Positions 1 through 13,621 of a stretch of DNA of 64,000 bases are shown here, piece by piece (the stretch's first letter is position 1; each line of letters starts with the position of its first letter). The DNA is from Zootoca vivipara (taxonomy: Eukaryota). A program made the position numbers and the translations under genes. The notes beneath the pieces were generated by a model, which did not search any database, was not told where the DNA came from, and worked only from the letters and a program-made list of their open reading frames with translations. The stretch spans positions 44,020,001-44,084,000 of the forward strand of contig NC_083286.1 of assembly GCF_963506605.1 (NCBI RefSeq), in the 5' to 3' direction.

Positions 1-368
1 CTTCTTGCCCCACATAGAGATTTCTCAGGAGACAGATGAGGTGATCAGGCACTCCCATTTCTTTAAGAACTTGCCATAGTTTGCTGTGGTCGACACAGTC
101 AAAGGCTTTTACATAGTCAATGAAGCAGAAGTAGACGTTTTTCTGGAACTCTCTAGCTTTCTCCATAATCCAGCGCATGTTTGCTATTTGGTCTCTGGTT
201 CCTCTGCCCCTTCGAAATCCAGCTTGCACTTCTGGGAGTTCTCGGTCCACATACTGCCTAAGCCTGCCTTGTAGAATTTTAAGCATAACCTTGCTAGCGT
301 GTGAAATGAGCGCAATTGTGCGGTAGTTGGAGCATTCTTTGGCACTGACCTTCTTTGGAATTGGGATG
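1..368 (-). mobile_element. RTE-BovB LINE ORF (RT) fragment, continuing past the window start
   Basis: Minus-strand sequence resembles the BovB/RTE reverse-transcriptase region; the + strand ORF 86-274 is its antisense frame. Confidence 0.85.
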
Positions 369-535
369 TAATGATCCCCTTCATGGATCACTGCCTTGTC
401 GTGGTGAAGGGGCTTAAATAACTTAGAGAAGTTATGTTTTGACCAAACGTGATCCACCTGGAGAAGGAATTGGCAAGCCACTCCAGTATCCCTGCCAAGA
501 AAACTCTATGGACAAAGACAACAGGCATATAAAAG
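369..535 (+). mobile_element. BovB 5'-end/UTR-like segment, inverted relative to the adjacent ORF fragment
   Basis: catggatcactgccttgtcgtgg and ggagaaggaattggcaagccactccagtat (Bov-A-like) motifs typical of the BovB 5' end. Confidence 0.7.
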
Positions 536-617
536 TGTTTATATATATGCACATACAGATATGCAAATTTTGAAACCATAATTTAAGCAGAAACACAACA
601 CATCTCCCCATTCTAGG

Positions 618-816
618 CAGGGCCGTCTTGAGCAGATCGCGCGCCCTGGTGCTGAGGGGCGGAGATCGCTCCGCCGCCCGCCCCGCCCTCGCAGGGCACA
701 ATTGGTTTCCGCGCGGCTTTGCCGCGCGGCACCCTCCTTACCAGGCCGGCACCCAGCTTACCAGCCCCCCGCCGTGGTGCACTGCGCCACCGGGGGGCTA
801 TGCAGAGCCGGCCCTG
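618..816. mobile_element. GC/CpG-rich hAT-type MITE
   Basis: TIRs cagggccg...cggccctg; perfect 8-bp TSD attctagg (610-617, 817-824). Confidence 0.9.
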
Positions 817-1773
817 ATTCTAGGGAAGAACTGTGCCCAGGTGTACTTGCTCAGTCTACTGTCCTGGATTCAACTTTTAAATTGCACTTGAATCGGCCAC
901 CCCTTCAAATAGAGAGCTGACCTCTAAGAGCCCTTCAAATACATGACTGTCCTCTGTAACATAGAAGGCATACACACCCACCCTAGGGACCCCACAGAAC
1001 AGTGGTCTGGTATGAGCTACAAAGCAGTAGCTGTCGCCCCCATTGCTGTGGTGTCCTGGGATGAGGAGAAGCAAGGCAGGAGTGTGGTTTGCATCATGGA
1101 AACATGCCATGCTGACCACACCGCTGCTTTGACGGTCTCAGTCTGCCACACCAACCGCAGTGCGGGGAGGCCACTTTCCTATGTTCCTCTCTGTTCAGCT
1201 CATTTAGGAAAAATTTACCCCTCTCCCTGCGATGAATTAACGTGAAGCACGTCTAATACTTTTTAGAATTTTTGTTTTCCAGTTCCAATGTCCATTTGTT
1301 TTATGAAAACAACTTACTGACAATTTGATCTTTGTGCCTTTGTATAAAAGCTATTGATTAAAACGGGTTATTTATAAGAACTTGGTGTTATTCTAGATTT
1401 AGCTGTTCATGTTCTGAAGGGGATAAAATGATGGAAGTATGAAATCCTATATTTCTGCTTTCCACATAATACGATTTTTTCTGATTAGAAAATAAAATAT
1501 GCCCACCTGTCTCAAAAAGCTTTTATACGTGTTAATAGCGCCACTAGATGCAATTTTCTTCACAGTAAATAAGCAAATAAAATAATGAATCAATATCAAT
1601 TAATTGATTGATTGATTGATTAATATCAGGCTTCAAGCTCATTTCTTTTTATAAAAGGAGAATACACTCGGGGCTCCTTCAGGAGAAAAGGCAGGATATA
1701 AATGAAAATAAAAATAACAATAAACCCTTTATCATTAGGTTGTTCTTTTATCTACTTTTCTCAGGTTTACAAT

Positions 1774-1774
1774 T

Positions 1775-1834
<60 letters not shown>
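1774..1834. repeat. (TTTC)n microsatellite
   Basis: Direct reading. Confidence 0.95.
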
Positions 1835-2126
1835 TGAGATGGGGCTCCTAGAATGGTACTCCGTGTTTAAAATATGACTGAAGGCTAGATTAAGGACATT
1901 AAACACAGTTGTATTATGAACCCCTTTCCTGATAATCTTTTATTTTATTGAATTATCCACCATGTCCCCAATATTTGATTCCAGGTTGGGTACCGGCAGT
2001 CATAAGATTCCCCAAGCACTTAAAATATACAAAAACATTCTTTAAGATTCATATTATAATATATTTACAATCTATTTAGTTACTACCGTGTTCTTCTAGA
2101 GGCAATATAATCTTGCATAATAACAT

Positions 2127-2495
2127 TAAAGGTCCAGTCGTGTCCGACTCTGGGGTTGTGGCACTCATCTCGCTCTATAGGCCGAGGGAGCCAGCGTTTG
2201 TCCGCAGACAGCTTTCGGGTCATGTGACCAGCATGACTAAGCCGCTTCTGGCGAACCAGAGCAGCGCACGGAAATGCCATTTACCTTCCCGCTGTAGCGG
2301 TCCCTATTTAGCTACTTGCACTTTGATGTGCTTTCGAACTGCTAGGGAGCTCACCCCGTTGCAGGGATTCGAACCGCCGACCTTGTCTGTGGACAAACGC
2401 CAGCTCCCTTGGCCTATAGAGCGAGATGAGCGCTGCAACCCCAGAGTTGTCCGCAACTGGACCTAATGGTCAGGGGTACCTTTACCTTTTCCTTT
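2127..2495. mobile_element. Rearranged Sauria SINE: minus-strand body joined to a plus-strand 3' fragment
   Basis: 2127-2384 matches the minus copy at 5905; 2385-2495 is the 3' portion in + orientation ending acctttacc. Confidence 0.85.
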
Positions 2496-4868
2496 ACTGA
2501 AGATGCTAGGTGCACCTCTATGGGGAGAACTACGGTTTAGGGGCTGTCGGAGAGAAAGCTCCCTCTGGACCACCATTCTCCACACTTCTGGGGCTAGTGG
2601 AGTCCCCTCTGCCAAGTTTGTCATGCTACATTATAAACTGCTGTTGAATCTGAGAGGAAGTTAAAAAGCAACTGTTATCTGAAATTCAGAGGGGGGCGGG
2701 ATACTCAAAAATTCCATGGAACCAACACAAGCCCTTTATGTGAGCTGAGCATTTCTTTAGATGGCATTTTGAAGACAAAACTGTTGGTTTAGATGTATGA
2801 TTTATGATGCACTTTGAGACCTATTAAAATACGGCAAGATTTATGTTGCCCTCTAGTTACAATAAAATGAAAAGAGTAACTTTTCTGATCTTACTACAAC
2901 AACAAATGGAATGTATTCTAACCTTGAATAATGATTTGTTTAACCTATGGCGACATCTGGAGAGTGCAGCTCACCTCATTTCTTACAGAAAATCAGAGCT
3001 ATATAGGCCACAGGAATGATTAAAAATATGTAAGGGGGAGTAAGAGCTGACATGATCAGAATTTATTGAAACAATGAATGGCTTCAGAGAAAGTAAACAA
3101 TGTTATTATTGTTTGTTCCCATCCTTAAGTAATCTTAGTTTTTGCTTGTTAATGGAAATGAGAGAATAGCCATATCTAAAGAGTTATGGCCAGTAGCATT
3201 TTCTTTAGATAAGCGCATACAGCAAGGTTGGAAAATTTGAGGCCGTTCCGACGTCATTGGACTACAACTCCCATCTTTCCTGGCCATTGGCTGTGCTTAC
3301 TGAGCCTGATGGGAGTTGAATTCCAGCAACATCCAGAGGGCTACATGTTCCTCATCCCTGACATTGACAAAGAAAGTGCTCTCTTTTTGTACTGAGGAAA
3401 GATGGATAAGTGTGAAATGGTACAAAAAATAATTGGATTCATTCTCAGCCAAATACATTAGATTCCTGAAATTATTGCCAGCCAAACCTTTGAATGCAGT
3501 TAAAAGGTTTACAGGCTATTTTCTGTATCGCTCCAAATGTTGACTCATGTGGAACTCTCTGTAACAAGGGGCATTCCTCTGTTGCTCATTTGGCACTCAG
3601 CATATCCTTCATTGTCACAGTGAGTAATGTTCAGGGTAATTTATCATGAACCATGTTCCTTAATATTCCTGCAGCCCTTGTAAAAGGTTGGGAGACTTGT
3701 CCCTGTAGACTTGTTTAGATTCTGGCTTCAGCCGATAAGATTTTTTTGGAGCGACTTCTTGTTTTGCAACTCATGTTTAAACCATCCCTGGAATGTATCC
3801 ATTTTCAGGACATCTGGGTAATTAATTCTTGCAGTGCTGGTCACTAAAGTCATTGGCATTGTTCATGCCAGAGAGCAAGCACAGGCTGTGGGAGAGGAAA
3901 GACTATCGCTCCACATCCCTGAACTCTTGCTACTGGTAGAAAGTTAATCTGGGCTGCATCTTTCCCTGCAGTGGGAAACAGAGAGGGAAAATAGCACCAC
4001 TGAACTTGACCTGGCAATTGCCCATGTTATGTTTACACCCATTATTCCTTTATCTAGAATATAGCTCTGCCTGGTTTGTGGAACATAATAAGATGCCTTA
4101 TTCTGAAACAAGCCTTTGGTGTATCTAATTCAGTGTTGTCCAGTCCATCCTTTTTTTTTAATCTGGTGCCCTCCATATTTATTTATTTTTTGACTGTCGG
4201 TCCATCATGGCCAATGATCAGGGATGACTGGAGTTGTAGTCCAAAACATCTTGAAGGTACCATGTTGAGGAAGACTGGCCTTCCTCTGATGGGCAGTGGC
4301 AACCCAAGGTTTCAGAATGGAGACTTTCTCAGTCCTATCTGGACATGCCATGGATTGGACCTTGGACATTTTGCACGCAAAACATGTTTTATTCTACTGA
4401 GCTACCCCAGCCTTCCCCAACCTGGTGCCCTCCAGACTATCCCAGGTTCAATTCCCAGCATCTCCAGGTGGGGGCACTCATTGAGATCAATTTAAAAATC
4501 CAGGAAGCAGAAACTAGGAATAAATCCCCAGTTTCCCCAGTGAAGAAATGTAGAAAGTGGACAGTCATATAGTTTTTTGTTTTTTGTTTGCACTGCCCCT
4601 TGTATCAGACAATTTGATCTAAGTTTATTAATCAGTTGGTTGCTAGTAGGGAGTGGCAGTCAGACCAATGTAAGGCAGCCTTCCTAATGTTTATTCAGGA
4701 TGGGGATAAGATAGTTTCTGCAACAAACCATGAGGATTTGTGAATGTTATACAACAGTATTTTAATGTTAGATGCAGATTCTGTTAAGCTATTTTACTGT
4801 ACTGAACTTTTCAAAATTTTGTCTATATGCAAGTATATGAGTATAAAGGCAAGTCCCCCCCCCCCCCA

Positions 4869-5720
4869 GGATAGGTATTGGTACCTGTGCTTTTTAACTT
4901 GTGCATAAATGACCTGGTGTTAGAGATGCTTAATGAAGTAGCTATGTTTGCTGATGACACCAAATTGTTGTGGGTGGTTGCAAAAAGGGGGGATTTCAAG
5001 GAACTCCAAAATGATATTTCAAATTTGGGCGAGTGAGCATTGGAATGGCAAACGCTAATCAATATAAGCGAGTATAAAGTGATATACATTGGGGCAAGGA
5101 GTTCTAACTTCAAGTATGCCCTAATGCAGGCATCCCCAAACTTCGGCCCTCCAGATGTTTTGGACTACAATTCCCATCATCCCTGACCCACTGGCCCTGT
5201 TAGCTAGGGATCATGGGAGTTGTAGGCCAAAACATCTGGAGGGCCGCAGTTTGGGGATGCCCACCCTAATGAGTTCCGAACAGGTGGTGACGGTCCAGGT
5301 ATAAGACCTTGGGGTCATGGTGGATAGTTTAATAGAAGATACAACCCTGGGTGCAGCCTCTGTGAAAAAAGTTGAATTTCACATTAGGGATCATTAAGGA
5401 GGGGGTCAAAAGTAAAACAGCCAAAATCATAATACCTTTGCAGCCATGTTAAGAATACTTCGTACAATTCTGCTCAAAAAAGGACATTGTAGAGCTGCAA
5501 AATATGCAGAACAGGGCAACCAAAGTGTTCAAGGATCTCCCTATGATGGAGGGTTGCAATATTTAGGGTTTTCTGTGTAGAAAAAGGTGAGTAAAGGAGG
5601 CAGTGAAAGAGTATGGTACAGTATTGAAATGCATAGCATTGAAAAAGTGGGCAAGTCCGTCCCCCCTCATAATTCTAGAACTCAGGGTCATCCGGTGAAG
5701 CGGAGTGTGGGAAGAGTTGC
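4869..5720 (+). mobile_element. Degenerate CR1 LINE RT fragment (interrupted by a MITE)
   Basis: ataaatgacctg...tttgctgatgacaccaaattg (INDL...FADDTKL) plus typical CR1 downstream motifs. Confidence 0.8.
5127..5263. mobile_element. hAT MITE (caggcatcccc family), ~136 bp, palindromic
   Basis: TIRs caggcatccccaaact / agtttggggatgcc; perfect 8-bp TSD ccctaatg. Decayed relatives at ~3222-3360, ~4190-4280, ~10430-10550, ~26095-26230, ~32371-32492. Confidence 0.9.
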
Positions 5721-5904
5721 TTCACCATAGTAAATGGCTTACTGTTATTTCCAGATGAGGCCAACATGTGGAACTCAACTGTACACATCACTATTAACTG
5801 CCTCTTTGAGTGTGGTATCCCTGTGGCCAAATGGAACACTTGTTTCTTAATGAATCTTGTACTTCTCTCTGTATCTGTACTAATCATGCTTAATATTCAC
5901 CTTA

Positions 5905-6368
5905 AAGGTAAAGGTAAAGGGGCCCCTGACCATCAGGTCCAGTCGTGTCCAACTCTGGGGTTGCGGCGCTCATCTCGCTCTATAGGCCGAGGGAGCCGGC
6001 GTTTGTCCGCAGACAGCTTCCGGGTCCATAGCTGCCAAGTTTTCCCTTTTCTCGCAAGGAAGCCTATTCAGCATAAGGGAATTTCCCTTTAAAAAAGGGA
6101 GAACTTGGCAGCTATGTCCAGGTCATGTGGCCAGCATGACAAAGCTGCTTCTGGCGAACCAGAGCAGCACACGGAAATGCCATTTACTTTCCCACCAGAA
6201 CGGTACCTATTTATCTACTTGCACTTTGATGTGCTTTCGAACTGCTAGGTTGGCAGGAACTGGGACCGAGCAACGGGAGCTCACCCCGTCACAGGGATTC
6301 GAAACGCCGACCTTCTGATCAGCAAGCCCTAGACTCTGTGGTTTAACCCACAGCGCCACATAGGTCCC
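5905..6368 (-). mobile_element. Full-length Sauria SINE (Squam1/POM-type)
   Basis: (ACCTTT)n tail, tRNA-like head, 13-bp TSD aatattcacctta (5892-5904, 6369-6381). Confidence 0.92.
6027..6116. mobile_element. 90-bp hAT MITE (catagctgccaag TIR) nested in the Sauria SINE
   Basis: TIRs catagctgccaagtt / aacttggcagctatg; TSD tccgggtc / tccaggtc. Confidence 0.92.
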
Positions 6369-7989
6369 AATATTCACCTTACCTCTGCAATAATAGTGGA
6401 CTTGGTGAGTGTGTGTGTGTGTGTGCATGTGTCCGTTTGTTCGTTCACAGTCCATTTGGGGTTAGGAAGTCTTGCTGTGGAATAAATGAGGCCAGCACAA
6501 TGAAACTGAATGCCATACTCACTGAATTTGAGTTTAGAAAAAAATAACACATTCAAAGGGACGCAAAACACTGATTGCCTTCAACTCATGTTTTCCAGAT
6601 ACACGTTTGATTAAAATTAGTATGCACTTCATTAAATCTCTCTGGTGTTTTCCCCTTCATCATTAGTTTAGCTGAATTCAAGCTTCCTACACTCATTAGC
6701 AGCTTTGCATAAACCATGTAACCAGATTTAAAAGTCTTGTATATGCCTACCCACTTTTTCTTTTGCAGAAAGATTAGTTTCCCACATAAATATACTGAAA
6801 ATTAATCGTACATATAAGGATTCAGTTGAACAAACACTGCTGCCTTCCAGGTAAAATCAAATATTGCACTCAGCAGCTGTTTTACGTGCTCTTTGTTCTC
6901 AGACTCAGCTTCTATTTCACGCATAGCAAAGAGTTACAAACTATATAGGGCAATAGGGCTAGACTTGACTCTGCTGACGTCAATGAGAGAAGTCCATTTG
7001 TCTTCAACAGACGTCAAATCGGGCCAACAGTTTGCTATTGATCTTTTGCTGAGAACACAAGTGTCAACAATAGTTGCTTAGTTGACATGCCTCCTATCTA
7101 GAGCACAAGATGAGTCTGCTGAAATGGCTTCAGAGGATTCTTTGTTAACTTTTATAGCTTCTAGTGCATGGGTGGCAACGTGCTGTGACTGATTGTAGCA
7201 CACCTTGAAGAAGAGGCATGCCTGGATGGTCTCTCCTGTGCTCTTTGGTTGTCTGCTTCTTCCTCGACAGAAGCAAAATCATCTGCATAAAGTGCATAGG
7301 AAGTGTTAATTAACTTACTTGCATGGACAACAATAAAAAGACTTGCCTGGGCCCCATGGAGACGGTGGGTCCGTGCAAGATCACAGCATCTCAAATTGAA
7401 CTGTCAGATTAAAACTTGTCTGTCCAACTCATAGATCAGTAATTGTGGAGTGGCTAAATTCACTGTTATTGATATGTCCATTAGTAGCCTGGTAATCTCC
7501 ATTCTAATCTCATGCAATCATTATGAGCAATGTAGTGGCTCACTGTGGAACATGAGAAGGACTAAAGTTCAAGGGTAATGATCATGCTTTGATTCAAAGT
7601 CAGTCTTCTGCTCCGAGCATTTCAGGAAAGCCTGAGGTCTTGAAGATGTTTTGCAAGCTGCAGTAGTAGAATGCAATGGTCTGGGTAATCAGTGATCTGA
7701 CTTTTCAGATGTTGCTCCAACATGCGTAGGCACTACTGAAAACTTCAGATGGGGACAACAGCATGTATAAACCTGGTCCCTCTCTGCACATTGTTCATAT
7801 GTTCAGCAGCAAAATTGTGCTAGTATTTATTGGGGGGGCGAGGGGGTGAAAGTGCAGATATTAAAGACAATTAAAATGCACACATGTTTTATTCCATGTA
7901 TCTAGTTAGTTTCCACATCAGAGTGCAAGAGCTGAACAAATTTTGTACGGAATTATCGGGAGCCACAAAAAATTGACTTTGCTCATCAT

Positions 7990-8080
7990 TACTCATATTC
8001 AGAACAGACCTATTGAAATTTGGGGACTTGGGTAAGTTAAGTACATTGATTTCAGTGGGTCTGCTCTGAGTATGAATAAC
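7990..8080. mobile_element. Short palindromic MITE remnant
   Basis: tactcatattcagaacagacctattgaaat is reverse-complementary to atttcagtgggtctgctctgagtatgaata. Confidence 0.6.
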
Positions 8081-8655
8081 CATACAGTGTCATTAAGGAA
8101 CATGACTAATGCAAGGAGATATGTCTTTCAAATGAAGCCAAAAGATCAGGATGAGCTTTGCAATGTTTAAAGAATGTTAGGCACAAAGTGGCTTCCTTTG
8201 AATACCTATGAATAAAAATGGGATTATTAATCAAGTGTGAATGAAACTGATAATAGTGCAATGAACCTCTTTGACTTCAGAGGCCAATCCCTTCTCATAA
8301 CCATCAGCATCACTGCTGATCTGTTCTCAGCTTTTGCAGAAGTTGTTTTCAGCAAGGTAATATAAAGGAGTTACAATATACAGTAAGTAAGTTTATAAGA
8401 AAGGTCTAGTTTGCATGAGGAACACAATGTAAGGGGTTCGGCTTTAAAGTACCCCCCTCCCCAAGATTTTGCCTATCATAAGATAGCCGTATTTGACAAC
8501 TGTAATGAATGGTAATGAGTTATGCAGGAGCCAAGCTGTTGTTATAGTTTTTAAAAAACTTTATTGCTTTTTACAAATGTGAGTTATATCTTGCAATTTG
8601 AAAAATTAATTAGCCAATTTAATTAAATATATTAGAGTACCTCAGTGTAGCTTGC

Positions 8656-8656
<1 letters not shown>

Positions 8657-8683
<27 letters not shown>
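8657..8683. repeat. (TG)n microsatellite
   Basis: Direct reading. Confidence 0.9.
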
Positions 8684-8686
<3 letters not shown>

Positions 8687-10861
8687 TAGTAGGATTTATC
8701 TTAACACTGTCTTAGGTAACCTGTGGTTTCCCCCCTCCTTTTCTTTCTTTTTTCTGCAAATGTTCAGTGTAATGCTGAACTGAGCAACAGAATTATCTAT
8801 CACCGGGATGTTTTTCTGGCAATCAGCTCCTGCTCAAGGATTAAAAAAACAAAACCCATTCTAAACTGTCATTGATGAAACAATTGCTTGATACTGATCA
8901 CCATTGCATTGAGTGTTTATAGTTTCAATGAGTTAGGGCAGTGATGGCTATGTTATATAGAACTGTATATTGAGCAGTTTGTTGACCGTTTTGGAAAATT
9001 AGAAACTGGTGAGTTTCATTAATGGAAAATGGTCTCTTAAAACTACGTCCTGGGAATTATTTATTTATTTAAAGCATTTTCATAACAGCTAACAACCAAG
9101 ATTTGTTCCAGCGTGATTTGAACAACCTATATATAAGTGGCCTGGTTTTGTTTTATTTTTTCAAAGGTGCTCACCACCTGCAGGGTCTGACTTAAAGTTA
9201 AATAGGATTTGGAAAGTGTTTCTGAAATGCCAGCCACTTATATTTAAGTGCCTAAAAATGGACCAGACCAGACATTTAGGCTTCTAGGTTTAATAGTTTG
9301 GGCCATGAATGTCTTCTTGATGGGTCCCTTTAATGAGAAAAGATTTAGCCTCCATCCTCACTTCAAATATTAGAAAAATGTCATCACACATCCTTGGCTC
9401 AGATGTTATTTATTTACATGAGTTCTACGGTACCTGTTTCGGTCCTACCTGTTCACCTCTTTCTGATTGCTGCCCTCCCTATTTGAGGCTTTTAAGAGGG
9501 GGAAGTGGCTGTGTGGAATGGGGTTAGCCATAGGACCAAGAACTACACAGGGGCTGAAGTGGGTTTAAAATGACCAAAACTTTAATGGACACCACTCACG
9601 GTGTTTGGCATGGCATAGGGCCAGGGATTCAGGCATTAAGGAACCGCCAGTTTGCATTCTAGGATAATGTTGGGGCAGGGCAGGAATGTCAGGCTTACCA
9701 GGCAGGGCTTTGGGTTTGGTGGCTCAACCACCAGTACACTTGCCTCTTCCACCCAGTAGGATTGCTCTGTTAGTAAGTTTTGTCATCCGCAAAATGGCTA
9801 TATTACGGTACTTACTAGTCACGTGAAGCTGTTGCTGGGCTGAACAAGATGAAGGCAGTGTGTGTGCATCTCTATTTTTTCTTTGGAAGGTAGGGTGTGA
9901 ATACATTCAAGCTGCTTTCTCCTTAGCACTTAACACTGCGCTTTGGATAGACATTTGAGGCAACCGCAATCGTACAACCAATAAATAATATGTGCATGTT
10001 GTCAAGCCCCTCCCTACCGGTAGCTATTGGCTTGGGGGGACCTACACTGCGGTAGCGTTACAGAAGCTTGACAGGAAACCCCAACAAAAATAGTATCAAA
10101 TTCACAAGACAAACAATAATATTTGTAAAAAATACTTTGAAATCATCAGTGATACATTTGATAACAGCAGAATGTTTTGCTGTTTTTGTTAAACAAAATG
10201 TGTTATAGAATTTAGTGCTTCTACTGCTTATTCTTCTGTGTTTAGGATCATGCCTCTGGTAACCATGTAGCAACTCAGCAAATTTTGACCGCACGGCACC
10301 CATATGAAGTTTGTGTCATTCCCAAATTGGAAATGGAGGACTGTGTGAATGGAGCATGCTGATATTTGCACCTGTGCATCTAGTTAATACTGGGAGAGAT
10401 GGAAGTTTCCATTCAACCATACTTTTGTTACAGCAGGGAACTTGTGGTCTTCCAGATGTTGTTTCACCCCCCCCCCAGCCCGTATGGCTAATGGTCAGGG
10501 ATGCTGGGGCTTGTAGTCTAACAACATCTGGAGGGTCACAGCTTTCCCATCACTCCTTTAGTGCATACACAAAATACTTTCCAGGCCAATTTGTCTACCA
10601 AAGAAACTTCAAGTATTGTAAAAAAAAAAAAATCTGAATGGCGGACATCATCAAGGCCTCTTGAGCTGCCTGGCTCTAGAGGATTTTCTTTATTTTCTGT
10701 TGATTAAATATGCTGCTAGACCCCGCTTCATCTGCCAAGATATCAGGGCAGCATGCAAAGCTAAAGGAAAATCGAAACAGATTCAGAGTGATCACTTGCC
10801 TTGACAAAGAGAGAACTCATCAAGTTGCACGGTTTGGGTCTCATTGTCATACAATTTCTAA

Positions 10862-11137
<276 letters not shown>

Positions 11138-12325
11138 TGAGTTTGTTAGTAAGGTTTTGAAGGTTGTTCTTTAGCTGGTGTTGTTGTTGATAATGATGAT
11201 GATGATGGGACCAGACATCAGCAATAGACAATCAAGTGGCAAGTGCAGTGAAATGTTGTGATGTGTCCCTGGGCACCCGTGCTGGGAATTTCTGTGTGTT
11301 TCCTCTGAGCCAAGAGGGAAGCAGGGGAATCTGCCAGACCTGTCAGTCAACCCACCATTTCTCTTTGTCCTGCCTCCTTTTCCTTACCTGCCACACCGGT
11401 TCTGACTCCCTCTTCCTGCTGAGCCTGCCATTCCACCCCTTTTCTTCTCCCTCCTTCTCTTTTCTCTGCTGCTTGTTCCGATTTCTGCCTTTCCCACCCA
11501 CAATGCAACTGGAACAATGTTATGGCGCAATGCAGAGAGATTCTGACAATGCATTGTGGAAGAACATTGCTGTCCAGCTGTCTGCCGACTGCTGCTATTC
11601 CAGGGCACTTCAGTGGCTGCTGTTCCTAGGCAGGAAAAGTACTGTGAAAAAAGAAAGAGAGAGGGAGATAGAGAGATAACCTATTTAGAATAGAAGCAGC
11701 TGCCCTGGCCTCTCATAGCAACCAGGGATGCGGAATCTCAAGCTCAAATGTAGTTCTCCAGTCCATTCTGTCCATCCCTGCGGACTTTCTTTGGGCCATA
11801 ACTCTCACTGACCTAACTATGCCCTCCTTGAGTGCTTTTGCCTGGCTGGGATGAGTCCTTGGAATCTGATAATGTCTCTATGCACCTAATACCTAGGTGG
11901 AGGGAGGATGGGTGTAGAGACTTCAGTTGTTGTGGCTGAAACGTAGCTTACTGTGCACTGTAAGCTGTAAGAGTCACATCTTTTGCTCTGCTCATGTCTG
12001 CTTCTGTCCCCACTCAATGCTGTTGCCCACGAGACAATGCAACTCTGTTTTGAACCATCACCTGCCTCCCATTAAAATGGAGATCTTTTGTCAGAAAGCT
12101 CCCCATCGTCACCACCAAAAACATAAAGGTGAAATGCTCTGGCATGTCTCTAAGAATCTGAAGCACCTGAGGATCTGATGAAAATGACATATAGTTCCCA
12201 GGAAATTGATGAAGAGAGATGCATGGGTGCTGGGTTGCAAGAGGCCAGCTGAGAATGACAGAGAAGCCCATAGGCTTGAGGAAACAATGGGTAGTGGAGA
12301 GATGCAATTGTAAAACTGACATAGC

Positions 12326-12936
12326 TGAAAGTAACCAGGAATGTCATAACCAGGCATTGGCGAGACCTGTCAGGAATAGGCATGGACCAATGGTACCAAG
12401 TAGTATGGGAAACAGCCTTACTAGAAAAACTAACCAACAAGCTGAAATTGGCACGGGGACAAATAGAAGAGGATGCCTTCACCCCTGTATGGTTCCCCTT
12501 TATCACACACAGAGCCCAACAAGATAATGACAAAAATTTACCGCCAGCATACAAATCAGTATGGCTAACCTGACCCAAAACACCCACCCACCCCACTCAC
12601 ACATGAAAACAAAGACCATCATAGTCAATCACAAATGAACAACTACACCCTTGGCCAACCCAAATCTCTCTCACCACCAAAAGAACACAAGCGAATAAAG
12701 GAGTACCAACACAAACAAAGCTGACATCAAGCCCTACATATATTAAGCAAGACAGAAACATCGTCACCTACTCTCACCCCCATCCACCCATCCCATCCCC
12801 TATCTACCTCGTTTTCCTTCTTTCTTCTTAGTGTCTTAACAAATGAAACTGATTTGCAAAAATGATACATGAGAGACACTGCACACACCTTTGTAATTCA
12901 AGAAATCTTTAATAAAAATATTTTTTTAAAAAACAA
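12326..12936 (+). mobile_element. 5'-truncated L1-clade LINE (ORF2 C-terminus, 3'UTR and A-rich tail)
   Basis: ...RNVITRHWRDLSGIGMDQWYQVVWETALLEKLTNKL...FTPVWFPFI resembles the L1 ORF2 C-terminal W...EKLT...W.PF pattern; AATAAA at 12911; approximate TSD aactgac(tt)atagc. Confidence 0.7.
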
Positions 12937-13621
12937 CAACTGACTTATAGCACCTAAAGCAAAAAAAAAAAAAAAAGAGAAAGAGAAGCTCTGCAGAAGC
13001 AGATGGCTCAGGTATTTGTCTAATTGTGTTCTCACCCAAGGTAATTGATGGCTTGCCCCTAGGAACTGCTGACCACTGTGCCACATGGTGAGTCATGCAG
13101 CTGCAAGCTCTCAGGAAAGAGACTTCTGGGTTTGGTTTTGTTCCACCCATCCAGGCTGGCCAGTGAGGTTGGTTGCAGCAGCAGGGCAATTAATCAAGGG
13201 CGGGCAGAGGTGAAGGGAGCCAGGGAAAGAAAGGAAGTTTCCAGCTGTGAGTGCAAATATATTGTCTGGATGTCAGGTTCATCAGCAGATGGCCTCAGGT
13301 CTACCCATTGAGAACCAATAGAGAGGTAGACCTGGAAGCTTCTCAGAGATGAGGCCCACCCAGTCATCAGATCTTCCAGAAATGGGAGACGGGTTCTCAG
13401 ATGTTAGTTATGCATGTTTATGTATTTATTTGGAGTGTTCACCCACCCATCACAGCTCAGAAAATGTCCTGTTGGCACCCTTGTCAGATGCCCATATACA
13501 GGTACCTGTGTTATTTGTTTCGAGTTTTCTATGCAAGACACTAACAAAAGTTTTTACACAGCTTTTGAAAAACTTGGCTTCCCCCCCTCCAAAAAAGGAA
13601 AAGGAAACACTGAGTGGTATA

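Noticed and set aside
636-658. RE1/NRSE site (HCN1 is a known REST target); also TCAGCACC half-sites near 41838 and 53163
   Set aside because: Only the left half matches, the GGACAG half is missing, and two of the three lie within TEs.
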